The notes under the pieces were generated by a model. That model was not told the origin of the DNA. It saw nothing but the letters and a program-made list of their open reading frames with translations, and searched no databases. Shown here one piece after another: positions 6,786-14,770 of a stretch of 37,750 nt of DNA; the stretch's first letter is position 1; each line of letters begins with the position of its first letter. The DNA is taken from the NCBI GenBank assembly GCA_038046545.1, contig JBBSVZ010000103.1, positions 1-37,750 of the forward strand. Direction: 5' to 3'. Position numbers and translations under genes: made by a program. The DNA is from Nanobdellota archaeon (lineage in GTDB: Archaea; Nanobdellota; Nanobdellia; Woesearchaeales; JBBSVZ01).

Positions 6786-6921
6786 TTAATTGATGGTGAC
6801 GCTTTATTGTCGCAAAGCGACTTTGGAGCGCGGAGAGTCCTTTCCTGGCCTGCACGGCCTCGAGTGCTAATAATTATTTAGCTATCTGATTTGAGGCAGA
6901 TATTACTAAAAAACGTTTTAA

Positions 6922-7392
6922 ATGATAATCGCTTTCTTGCTCGTAATGACAATAGACGAGCTTGTTGCAGAACAAACTGATTTGCATGATGAGATGCAAG
7001 GTTTTCTAAATAATCAGCGAGTTTCTCAGTACTTAACTGTTCTCCCAGTGTACGAAGTAAAGCCAAACGAAAATTACAACTTTCCAGATTGGTATACCTT
7101 GCGATTCCTAAGACCAGTTACCGTCGATACAGGAAAGGGGCTTGGCTGGTCTGAAGGGCTAGGAGGCCTTAATTATATTGGCACTGGGAAAAGGTTTGCG
7201 AGGTCTGACTGGATTTACGACACACCTGACAGGATAATCACGCATGAATTGCGGCACGACGGTGAGCTGTTTCACGGCCACAATCTTGCTGAGTACTGGA
7301 ACAGGAAAATGGATGCTCTAACTACACCATCAACAAAGCCAGTTAAGGAACACGAGCCACGATACACATTCCCCTATGTGAATCTAAACTAA
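6922..7392 (+). CDS. hypothetical protein with HExxH (HELRH) metallopeptidase-like motif
   Basis: 156 aa ORF with alternative start ATG 6946. It has a single HELRHDGELFHGH zinc-binding-like motif and no other family signature. Confidence 0.5.
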   Translation: MIIAFLLVMTIDELVAEQTDLHDEMQGFLNNQRVSQYLTVLPVYEVKPNENYNFPDWYTLRFLRPVTVDTGKGLGWSEGLGGLNYIGTGKRFARSDWIYDTPDRIITHELRHDGELFHGHNLAEYWNRKMDALTTPSTKPVKEHEPRYTFPYVNLN

Positions 7393-7455
7393 TCCTTTGT
7401 TCACAGTTCTCTTCATTACCATAAACATTTTAAAACCAAAAAACAGAGTATAAAT

Positions 7456-7587
7456 ATGCCAGACGAGAAGTCATTGCAAAGCGTTGAAGGAGAGGGTGTT
7501 ACAGAGTGCCCTTCCTGTAAATCCAAGCGGATTGCTAGGCGGGACAACGAGCTTTACTGCGAACAGTGCGGGCTGGTAATTGATTAG
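7456..7587 (+). CDS. stand-alone TFIIB-type zinc-ribbon mini-protein (43 aa)
   Basis: Absent from the ORF track because it is under 60 aa. The sequence is MPDEKSLQSVEGEGVTECPSCKSKRIARRDNELYCEQCGLVID. The CPxC...CxxCG spacing with RRDNELYCEQCGLV mimics the TFB N-terminal ribbon. A TATA-like tataaat lies just upstream. Confidence 0.45.
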   Translation: MPDEKSLQSVEGEGVTECPSCKSKRIARRDNELYCEQCGLVID

Positions 7588-7709
7588 TTCTTGGTGATAA
7601 AATCGGCTTTCGCGAATTCATTGGGCAGTCTTTTGGAGGAAGAACTTACAAGCTACTGAAATGGCTGTCAGACAATATAATCAAAGTAATTCTTGTTTTT
7701 GCTGCAGTA

Positions 7710-8189
7710 GTGCTGTCTTTTATAACATTGGGGCAAATAATCAAGCCGTTCTTATTTGTCGCTGTATTCCTTTTTCTTAGCTCCATATCGCTGATATACA
7801 ATCGTTGGTTAAAGGTTTCTATTGGCATTGAATTCATCACATTTTCAACGGTCATGACAGCAAGGGCTTATGGTGGACTTTTGGGAGGGTTGGTTGGGTT
7901 CTTTGGCCTCGCAACTGCAGAAGTGTTAGGGACGGGATTTAATGCTAAAACAGTCATATCTCTGCTGGCAATTTTCTTGATGGGAATGATTACACCTTTC
8001 TTCAACGGGATACACATTACAACTGCTGGAATGCTAATTGCAGTGTTTTATGACTTGCTAATAATTCCGCTTTATCTTATCGCAGGCTCTAATCCTGTCA
8101 GAAGCGCAGTGTTTGTTATTACTCATTTGATATTCAATGCGTGGCTGTTTGTCTTCATTGCGCCAAGGCTTGAATTGTTGATGAGTTGA
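7710..8189 (+). CDS. hypothetical polytopic membrane protein
   Basis: 159 aa with about five hydrophobic helices. A GTG start is implied because an in-frame TAG lies immediately upstream. Confidence 0.55.
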   Translation: MLSFITLGQIIKPFLFVAVFLFLSSISLIYNRWLKVSIGIEFITFSTVMTARAYGGLLGGLVGFFGLATAEVLGTGFNAKTVISLLAIFLMGMITPFFNGIHITTAGMLIAVFYDLLIIPLYLIAGSNPVRSAVFVITHLIFNAWLFVFIAPRLELLMS

Positions 8190-8190
8190 A

Positions 8191-8213
8191 ATAAAAAAAA
8201 CCGCCTAAGGCGC
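8191..8213 (-). terminator. short GC hairpin plus T8 run after the secreted-protein gene
   Basis: The minus strand reads GCGCCUUAGGCGG followed by UUUUUUUU. The hairpin overlaps the stop codon. Oligo-T is the archaeal termination signal. Confidence 0.5.
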
Positions 8214-9677
8214 TATCGGGCATTCAGGTCCGTTGAACGCTTTAGCTCCGCCAAGCATTGGCGGGAATGCTGTCGGGCCTGCTATCAGGGCAGTCAAGTC
8301 CTGTATGTTTATGTCAGTTGTGAACTGACCTTTTCCAGGAACTAGATCCCATCTTGGGCTGTAGTTCGGGTCGCCAACGTTTGTACCAAAATGCCTTACT
8401 GGAACAAGGAAACTTGTTATGTCTACAATGTTGATTTTGTTGGTGCTGTTAAATCCACTTGAACCGACATTCAATTCCAAAGGCCAGCCGTCAATTCCAC
8501 AAGGGTCTCTTGGATTAGTTGTAATCAAGACTTCATTCGTGTTATTGAATCCATCATTGTCCCAGTCATCATCGCACGCATCTCCTAGGTTGTCGCCTAC
8601 GAAGAATGGTGCAATCGTGTCGTTAACCTGGATTTCCTTGTCGAGGTTTGCCTGATTTACATTTGGAAATGTCGGGCAGTTGTCCGATACATCGGGAATT
8701 GTGTCGTTGTCTGTGTCAAGGTTCGGGTCAATGTTACAAACAGCGTTTGTGCAGCCGAACTGGCAGGTTGTGTTTAATACTGGTGCGGTTGATGAACCGC
8801 ATGAGCCGCTTGTGCACGAAACAGTTGTGAAATTTCTGCTAACGTTGCCGTTAAAGCAGAATAGTCCGCCGCTGAATCCTGATGTACCGCAGTTCTGGAT
8901 TAGTTGAGGAACAGTTGATGAGCCGCATGCGCCGCTTGCGCATGAAAAGCTGGTGTAATCTCTGTAAACATTTCCAGTTGTACAATAATTACTTGTTGTG
9001 AAGCCGTCTGAGCCGCAGGATACGTTTGTTGCAACTGATGTGACTAAGTTGCAGGTGTATTCGGTTACTGTGTTGTTACTTAAGCAAATGTCTGCATTAG
9101 AATATTGGTTTCCGTTTAGGAATCCAGAAACGGTTCCTTGTGTTGATATGTTGTTGCCGTCTGTGTCTTGGCATGAGTCTGGTGGTGCCTCGGTTGGATA
9201 AATGATAAGATTGGCGTTATATATTCCTGCACAACCGCCTGTGCTGATTGTGATATTGATCAAGTTATCTCCAACTATTAGAAAGGCTGGATTAACATTG
9301 TAAAAAACGTCATGAAGGCCGCATATATTTCCTATGCCTGTGCCGACCGTATTGCCATTTACTTTGATTTCACTAACTTGGTTAAAATTGCATGAAATAT
9401 CGTCATTGTTTTGGGCTGTTAATTGCAGTGTAGCATTTAGCATTGAAGCTGGTGAAATGTTTTGGGTTATGTAAAATTCAATTGGTGCAATGGATTCAAC
9501 AGAGCAAATAATGATTCCGAAATCTCCGTCTGCAACATGTGCTCCTGAATTATCAGCATTATCTGCGCTGGTTGTAAAAACCTGCTGGGCAGTAACAAAA
9601 GAAGCTAGAACAGTCACCATAAGCAGTATCGATAGTATTGTTACAGCAGTTTTGATAGTTTTCATTTTAATAATCAC
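8205..9677 (-). CDS. secreted Cys-rich surface protein with thrombospondin type-3 Ca-binding repeats and dockerin-like C-terminal segments
   Basis: Signal/anchor sequence (TAVTILSILLMVTVLASFVTA). Two tandem roughly 45 aa Cys-rich repeats of the form C..GNV.R..T..SC.SG.CGSST.P.L...C, also visible as roughly 133 nt DNA repeats near 8790-9000. TSP3 consensus DTDNDTIPDVSDNCPTFPNVNQANLD and GDACDDDWDNDGFNNTNE. Paired INIVDITSFL / DINIQDLTALI segments resemble dockerin F-hands. Confidence 0.8.
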   Translation of the reverse strand: MIIKMKTIKTAVTILSILLMVTVLASFVTAQQVFTTSADNADNSGAHVADGDFGIIICSVESIAPIEFYITQNISPASMLNATLQLTAQNNDDISCNFNQVSEIKVNGNTVGTGIGNICGLHDVFYNVNPAFLIVGDNLINITISTGGCAGIYNANLIIYPTEAPPDSCQDTDGNNISTQGTVSGFLNGNQYSNADICLSNNTVTEYTCNLVTSVATNVSCGSDGFTTSNYCTTGNVYRDYTSFSCASGACGSSTVPQLIQNCGTSGFSGGLFCFNGNVSRNFTTVSCTSGSCGSSTAPVLNTTCQFGCTNAVCNIDPNLDTDNDTIPDVSDNCPTFPNVNQANLDKEIQVNDTIAPFFVGDNLGDACDDDWDNDGFNNTNEVLITTNPRDPCGIDGWPLELNVGSSGFNSTNKINIVDITSFLVPVRHFGTNVGDPNYSPRWDLVPGKGQFTTDINIQDLTALIAGPTAFPPMLGGAKAFNGPECPIAP

Positions 9678-9747
9678 CCTTCCAGTATACGAAATTCCAG
9701 ACTTATTTAAAAAGTTTTCTGTGTTGGAATGTTGTTATTTTGGATTC

Positions 9748-10218
9748 TCAGTTTTGACAAAGCGCTATCATATTTTTGAAGAAGGTCTTTGCATGTACTA
9801 TGCTTTCTTTTGCAGGCTCTTTGTTAGCCTGCGGCATGGTTCGGTAAGTAAATTCTCCTCGTTTCTTTTTTTCTTCTTTGAAAATTCCTAGCAGATATTC
9901 TGCCCTAATTAATGCCTCTTGATATATCTTTAGGAGTTCAACATCGAGTTCTCCACTTTCAACAAATTTTTTGAATTCATCGAATGATTTTTTGTGTTCT
10001 TCTGGAGCGGATACCGCAATTCCCTTCTTTGCTAGATATGCTTTAGCCCCATAAAATATACTATAATAACTATGGGAAATTACTGCACTAAAATACGTTT
10101 CTGGGTTATTCACCTTGAAAGTTTCTTTTTGTAAGTTCGGCTTTTCGCTTATCTCAAATATGATTTCTGCAAGCTTTATCTCGTTTTCTGCCCTATGAAT
10201 ATACAATTTTGAATCCAT
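9748..10218 (-). CDS. HEPN domain protein (toxin partner of MNT)
   Basis: Helical 156 aa protein with HSYYSIFYGAKAYL and LIRAEY segments typical of PF05168-type HEPN. It overlaps the upstream nucleotidyltransferase gene by 26 nt. Confidence 0.75.
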   Translation of the reverse strand: MDSKLYIHRAENEIKLAEIIFEISEKPNLQKETFKVNNPETYFSAVISHSYYSIFYGAKAYLAKKGIAVSAPEEHKKSFDEFKKFVESGELDVELLKIYQEALIRAEYLLGIFKEEKKKRGEFTYRTMPQANKEPAKESIVHAKTFFKNMIALCQN

Positions 10219-10819
10219 TGTTTATGCCCTCCTGAAGTATTGAATAAAAAATCATCGGATTTTGGATTGCAAGATGCTTATCTGCTATTTGTTTTCCTAA
10301 ATTTTCGTGTTTGTCTTTTAGCATTTGAAGCATTTCATCTTTTGTAATAACGTGGGTATCAATCTTTAAAATAGATTTTAGTTCGGCAGATTTCATTGAT
10401 AACTCGCATTTTTTCTTATCATCAACCGATTTTACAAAGATTGCAATATCTAGATCGGATTTTTCCTTTTGTTTTCCTTCCGCATAAGATCCAAAAATCA
10501 CTAGAGATACAAATTCAATATTTGAAAGTTCCTCCCTAATTATCCGTAGGCTGTTTTTTACAAGATTAGGCGTTTTTTCTTTTATGAGAATGTCGAAATA
10601 TGAAAAAACGGTGTTATTCTCAAGATTCAAGGCATATAAAATAATATTTCCTACCTCTCTTTTTTTGACAAGTTCTTCTGCGAGAAATTTTACTATTGAT
10701 ATTTGAATAATTGAATTTGACTTTTCTTTTGAATAATCCTTTATCTCCTTATAAGTCAACTCTTTGTATGGTTTTTTCAAAAACGCTTCAAATATTCTAA
10801 TCTGTTTTGGTGTTAGCAT
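10193..10819 (-). CDS. minimal nucleotidyltransferase (MNT) with N-terminal wHTH-like domain
   Basis: GS-x9-SDLD motif (VIFGSYAEGKQKEKSDLDIAIFV). I prefer the start at ATG 10819 (MLTPKQIRIFEAF...). The track extension to 11164 has a non-protein-like sequence and overlaps the divergent pilin start. Confidence 0.8.
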   Translation of the reverse strand: MLTPKQIRIFEAFLKKPYKELTYKEIKDYSKEKSNSIIQISIVKFLAEELVKKREVGNIILYALNLENNTVFSYFDILIKEKTPNLVKNSLRIIREELSNIEFVSLVIFGSYAEGKQKEKSDLDIAIFVKSVDDKKKCELSMKSAELKSILKIDTHVITKDEMLQMLKDKHENLGKQIADKHLAIQNPMIFYSILQEGINNGFKIVYS

Positions 10820-11143
10820 TTTAATACCTTTTTTGTGGTATGAACATACCTTAATTAAGGTATTATATAAAATTTTCGATTGGAAAAATTGCAAAAATTC
10901 AAGCCACGTCGTGAACGACCAATTTGTCGATGCAGCCAAAAAGGTCAAGATTGGTTTTGACGCCGAAAGGTATGCGAATCGAGGTCGTGCGCCCTTGGGA
11001 ACTGAAAGTTTCCAAGTCCGAAAACTTTGTTTTCGATAGTTTGAGCGCAAAATATTACTTTTCGAAATGTCTAGTTTTATTGAATTTTGATCTTCATGAA
11101 AGCCATAACACTTATTAACTCTTAATTCCTCAAAAAACATAGT

Positions 11144-11689
11144 ATGCCAGATGTAATTAAGCACAGCCAGAATACCAAAAAAATTAATTCCAAAGCCCAG
11201 GCTGCAATGGAATTTCTAATGACTTATGGCTGGGCTATATTGGTTGTTTTGTTAGTAATTTCAGTACTCGCTTACATGGGCTTTTTGAATCCATCGAATC
11301 TTATTCCAGATCGATGTTATCTTGGCGAAAAACTTGATTGCACTGATTTTAAAGCCGAACAAATTGGAGGTGTAGGGAAAGTCAGTTTTTTGTTTACTAA
11401 TAAATATAACAAAATAATTAGTTTTAGCGCAGTTAATGTCTCAACACAATATGGTGATTGCTATAATTGGCCTACAGGAGGGTATTATGCTCCGTTTGGC
11501 GGTCCATTTCAAATAAATCCAGGAGCCTCTTTTAATGTTGTTGTTGGAGCATGTCCACCAATAGTAAACAACATGAAAGCAAATACAAAATATAAATTCA
11601 AGGTGGGTATACAATATACTTTACCAGATTCATCTTTACAGGCAACCCGGGTTGATACAGGTGAAATCCTCACCAAAATCGAGCGCTAA
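11144..11689 (+). CDS. archaeal type IV pilin-like protein with class III signal peptide
   Basis: A basic leader is followed by KAQAAMEFLMTYGWAILVVLLVISVLA, the class-III (prepilin peptidase) signal and hydrophobic helix. The globular domain is Cys-containing. Confidence 0.8.
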   Translation: MPDVIKHSQNTKKINSKAQAAMEFLMTYGWAILVVLLVISVLAYMGFLNPSNLIPDRCYLGEKLDCTDFKAEQIGGVGKVSFLFTNKYNKIISFSAVNVSTQYGDCYNWPTGGYYAPFGGPFQINPGASFNVVVGACPPIVNNMKANTKYKFKVGIQYTLPDSSLQATRVDTGEILTKIER

Positions 11690-11825
11690 CCTCACCTAAA
11701 CTATTATAAATTCAATTTACGACTATTTTCTTTAGTTTGTTATTAAGAGGTTATTTTGTAACTATCGATGAAAACTAAGGCAATTTATGCCATTAGATAA
11801 TTCTCAGGCAAAACATTTATATACT

Positions 11826-11864
11826 AACATTATCGTGATAATGTTATAACATTATCGTGATAAT
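11826..11864 (+). promoter_or_regulatory. two identical 17-nt direct repeats, each containing the palindrome ATTATC-GT-GATAAT, between the TATA box and the ATPase start
   Basis: aacattatcgtgataat occurs at 11826-11842 and again at 11848-11864, a 22 nt register. The TATA-like tttatata lies at about 11815-11822 and the ATG at 11870. Confidence 0.6.
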
Positions 11865-11869
11865 ATAAC

Positions 11870-13285
11870 ATGGAAAACAGGACATTTTACGATCGGAAAG
11901 AAGAGCTTGATATATTGAAGAATAAATTCGCAGGCTTGCAGTCTGGAGAAATGCTGGTCATCTATGGCAGGCGAAGAGTCGGGAAAACTGAGCTAATCAG
12001 GCAATTCATGAATGCAATACCTGAAAACAAGCTATACTTTTATGTCGACTTAGTAGAAAAACAAGGCATACTCGACTCCCTTTCAAAGGCTGTGCAAGAC
12101 CAGTTGGGAGAAACAAGGAAATTCGCAGACTTTGATGATTTTCTTAACTTCATTTCAATAAAATCTGATAAAAATTTTGTTTTAGTAATTGATGAGTTTC
12201 AGAGATTCCTGGAAGTCGCACCTAATTTCATCACTCAATTGCAGAATAATTGGGACCAGAAGCTGAAGAACAAGAAAATCATGATAATCTTAGTGGGATC
12301 ATCAATTGGCATGATACAAAAAATAACAAATAGCAAGGCAGGAGCACTTTATGGGCGAGCGACGAAATTAAAGATATCGCCGTTTAAGTACGCTGATTTC
12401 AGGCTGATGTTCAAAGAATTAAGCGAAGAAGAAAAAATAGTCACGTATGCTGTTTTTGGCGGAACTCCTTATTATCTGGAAAAAGCCAAAAAAATTGAAG
12501 GCGACATTAATAAAAAAATTAACGAGCTGTTATTGAAAAAAGGAGCAGAATTGGTAGAAGAGCCAAAAAATCTCCTAGAATATGAGAATGTTAGGGTTCA
12601 TGCAAAATATAACTCAATTTTACAGGCAACATCATCGGGTAAAGAGAATATCAAGGAAATCCAGGACTTCACGGGCATAGACTCGAATATCATGTCCGCT
12701 TACATTAAGCGGCTTGACGAGTTATTGGATTTGCTTGGAAGAAAAGATCCTGTGCTTGGAAAGGCGCGCCTTGGAAGGTATGTGCTCAAAGATAATTTTT
12801 TTGGTTTCTGGTATAGGTTCATATTTCCAAACCAAACTGCGTTGAATTTGGGCAATTTCAAAATTGTATCGAACTCGATAAAAGAAAACCTCAACTCATA
12901 TGTCGGAAGAGTTTTCGAGGATGTTTGCAAAGAAATCCTTATTGCACGAATATCTAAAAGTTTGGATGGCTATGTTTTGGATTTTGAAAATATAGGCAGC
13001 TGGTGGAATCGATCTGGAGAAGAGATAGACATAGTTGCGTATAACAGGAAATCCAGGAGGATATTAGTCGCAGAAGTGAAATGGACAAATAAGGCTACAG
13101 ATGTCGATGTAGTGAACGAACTAATGCGAAAATCCAAGCTAATAAATTTCTCAGGCGATTATAAATTCCTATTCTTTTCGAAAAACGGATTTACGGAAAG
13201 GGCAATTAAGAGAATGAGTGAAATCAAAGCGATATCCCTGGCCTTAAAAGATGTTGAAATGCTTTTCGAATCGAAAGAAAATTAG
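11870..13285 (+). CDS. archaeal AAA ATPase (Arch_ATPase/COG1672-like) fused to a DUF234-type PD-(D/E)xK-like C-terminal domain
   Basis: FYDRKEEL...GRRRVGKT (Walker A), VLVIDEFQ (Walker B), and C-terminal GEEIDIVAYNRKSRRILVAEVKW (D...ExK nuclease-fold signature). Confidence 0.85.
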   Translation: MENRTFYDRKEELDILKNKFAGLQSGEMLVIYGRRRVGKTELIRQFMNAIPENKLYFYVDLVEKQGILDSLSKAVQDQLGETRKFADFDDFLNFISIKSDKNFVLVIDEFQRFLEVAPNFITQLQNNWDQKLKNKKIMIILVGSSIGMIQKITNSKAGALYGRATKLKISPFKYADFRLMFKELSEEEKIVTYAVFGGTPYYLEKAKKIEGDINKKINELLLKKGAELVEEPKNLLEYENVRVHAKYNSILQATSSGKENIKEIQDFTGIDSNIMSAYIKRLDELLDLLGRKDPVLGKARLGRYVLKDNFFGFWYRFIFPNQTALNLGNFKIVSNSIKENLNSYVGRVFEDVCKEILIARISKSLDGYVLDFENIGSWWNRSGEEIDIVAYNRKSRRILVAEVKWTNKATDVDVVNELMRKSKLINFSGDYKFLFFSKNGFTERAIKRMSEIKAISLALKDVEMLFESKEN

Positions 13286-13398
13286 TGAAAAATCTCCAGC
13301 CCAGAACTAATCGCAGCAATTGCCAAATTTCAGGATTGAGCGATATATCCTCTCAAACAGCACAAACTTCTTATACTCAATAGCTATTTTCCTCGTCT

Positions 13399-13575
13399 AT
13401 GAAGAAGTGCGTGCTTTGTACGAATAAGGCTGTATTCGCTGTCAAGGACTCATCTGAGTTCTACTGCGAGGAATGCGCATTAGAGAACTTCTCAGGAACA
13501 GAAGTGTTATCCAGAATCGACGAGAAGAAAGACGTAGAACCCACTCTTCAGGAAGAGTTCGAGAATTTGGAATAA
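13399..13575 (+). CDS. small zinc-ribbon protein (58 aa)
   Basis: Below the ORF-track cutoff. The sequence is MKKCVLCTNKAVFAVKDSSEFYCEECALENF... with a CxxC-x17-CxxC pattern and an acidic tail. Confidence 0.4.
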   Translation: MKKCVLCTNKAVFAVKDSSEFYCEECALENFSGTEVLSRIDEKKDVEPTLQEEFENLE

Positions 13576-13578
13576 TTC

Positions 13579-13941
13579 TTACTTTGTGTTTTCTAATAGT
13601 TCTTCCAGCATTTTCGGAACGTCTGACTCAGTAGAGACGTGCGCATCAACGCAGTAGGTCTTCTTTGGATGTCCGTGGATGAGTATTCTATAAGAATCCG
13701 GGAAAGTATCTTTTATGACTCCAATACTGCCTTTCCAAGAAAAGTCAAGTGCAATTCCATCAAACCTAACCTTTGAAATTCCTTCGTCTCTAAGCCTTTC
13801 AGTCAGCTCTATATCTGATGATGCGAACGATGTGGGAAGGCATACTGCCACCCACGGATTCTCAGGTGTTTTAGCATTGTATCCATCAACTGCCCTTGAG
13901 AGTTCCCTGGAATTGTTTCCAATATAGAGAATCGTAACCAT
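13579..13941 (-). CDS. hypothetical protein, faintly receiver(CheY)-like but lacking the N-terminal acidic pair
   Basis: 120 aa with an alternating beta/alpha pattern. FDGIALDFSW resembles the phospho-acceptor strand, but ILYIGNN replaces the usual DD. The similarity is weak. Confidence 0.45.
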   Translation of the reverse strand: MVTILYIGNNSRELSRAVDGYNAKTPENPWVAVCLPTSFASSDIELTERLRDEGISKVRFDGIALDFSWKGSIGVIKDTFPDSYRILIHGHPKKTYCVDAHVSTESDVPKMLEELLENTK

Positions 13942-13996
13942 CCCTGAGGGAATAATGCACTGCTATTTAAATTTATAAAAAAAATAAAAAATTATA

Positions 13997-14167
13997 CTAT
14001 GCTGCTTGTGCAACGTGTCTGAACACGGAAAATATGAACAAAAACACGAATAACACAAATAAAACTTGTGCAAGCCATGCGGCCGTTCCTGCTATTCCTC
14101 CGAATCCAAGCACTGCAGCGATTATCGCTATAACCAAAAAGGTAAACGCCCAAGATAACATCGACAT
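13997..14167 (-). CDS. DUF1328/UPF0391 small membrane protein (56 aa)
   Basis: Below the ORF-track cutoff. [48 protein letters not shown] matches the YtjA-like GFGGIAG signature. Confidence 0.65.
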   Translation of the reverse strand: MSMLSWAFTFLVIAIIAAVLGFGGIAGTAAWLAQVLFVLFVFLFIFSVFRHVAQAA

Positions 14168-14444
14168 ACTACACACTCCCTCCCCAACGAGATATGCTTA
14201 GCCTTTAAACTATATAAGAGTTAGGCATATGCTATATGGGTTATGTCAATATGGTCGCAAGCATATAGTTATATCGCCGAATCACTGCTTTTACCTTAAA
14301 TCCCTCAGTTTTACAAAAAAAAGCCCTGAATAACCGTTATTTTAAGATGCATAAACTCAAGCGCAACCTTTATAAAAGCCTGTAAATCCCTTCAGGCTTG
14401 AGAGAGAAAAAAGGGACGAATAAAGATCTCTTTTTGTGATCAAT

Positions 14445-14759
14445 ATGAGGCCATTGATGCCTTCGTTAAGGGAAAAGAAACGGTACATGAGAATTGAAGT
14501 AATCTCGGAAAAGCCAGTAAAGGCCACTGAGGCTTTTGAAGTAATAAAAACCAAATTCACCAGCCTAATTGGCAGCCTTTCAGCAGCAAAAGCAAATTTG
14601 AGAGCTATTCCAGAACGCTCAGGCAATGAGCTCATAATCAGAGTGCACAGGAAATTCGTTGATGCAGTCCGAGCAGCCTTAAGTTTGTCAACCGAAGTCG
14701 ATGGTCAAAAAATTGTTTTCAGGGCAATAAAAGTTTCAGGTTCAATAGCGAAAGTTTGA
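14445..14759 (+). CDS. rnp2: RNase P protein component 2 (Pop5/Rpp14 homologue)
   Basis: MRPLMPSLREKKRYMRIEV is the conserved Pop5 N-terminus. The gene sits in the canonical position immediately upstream of psmA. Confidence 0.8.
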   Translation: MRPLMPSLREKKRYMRIEVISEKPVKATEAFEVIKTKFTSLIGSLSAAKANLRAIPERSGNELIIRVHRKFVDAVRAALSLSTEVDGQKIVFRAIKVSGSIAKV

Positions 14760-14770
14760 GGAGGAAAAAA

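Noticed and set aside
6878-7066. The minus-strand 62-aa ORF opposite the start of the HExxH gene, as the source of a transcript terminating at the GC motif
   Set aside because: It has no motifs and overlaps the longer plus-strand ORF. It cannot be excluded, but nothing in the sequence supports it.
10820-11164. The 5-prime extension of the nucleotidyltransferase ORF, giving 323 aa in the track
   Set aside because: The extra 115 residues (MLNYIWHTMFFEELRVNKCYGFHED...) look non-protein-like and overlap the divergent pilin start and promoter region. The internal ATG at 10819 gives a normal wHTH-MNT protein.
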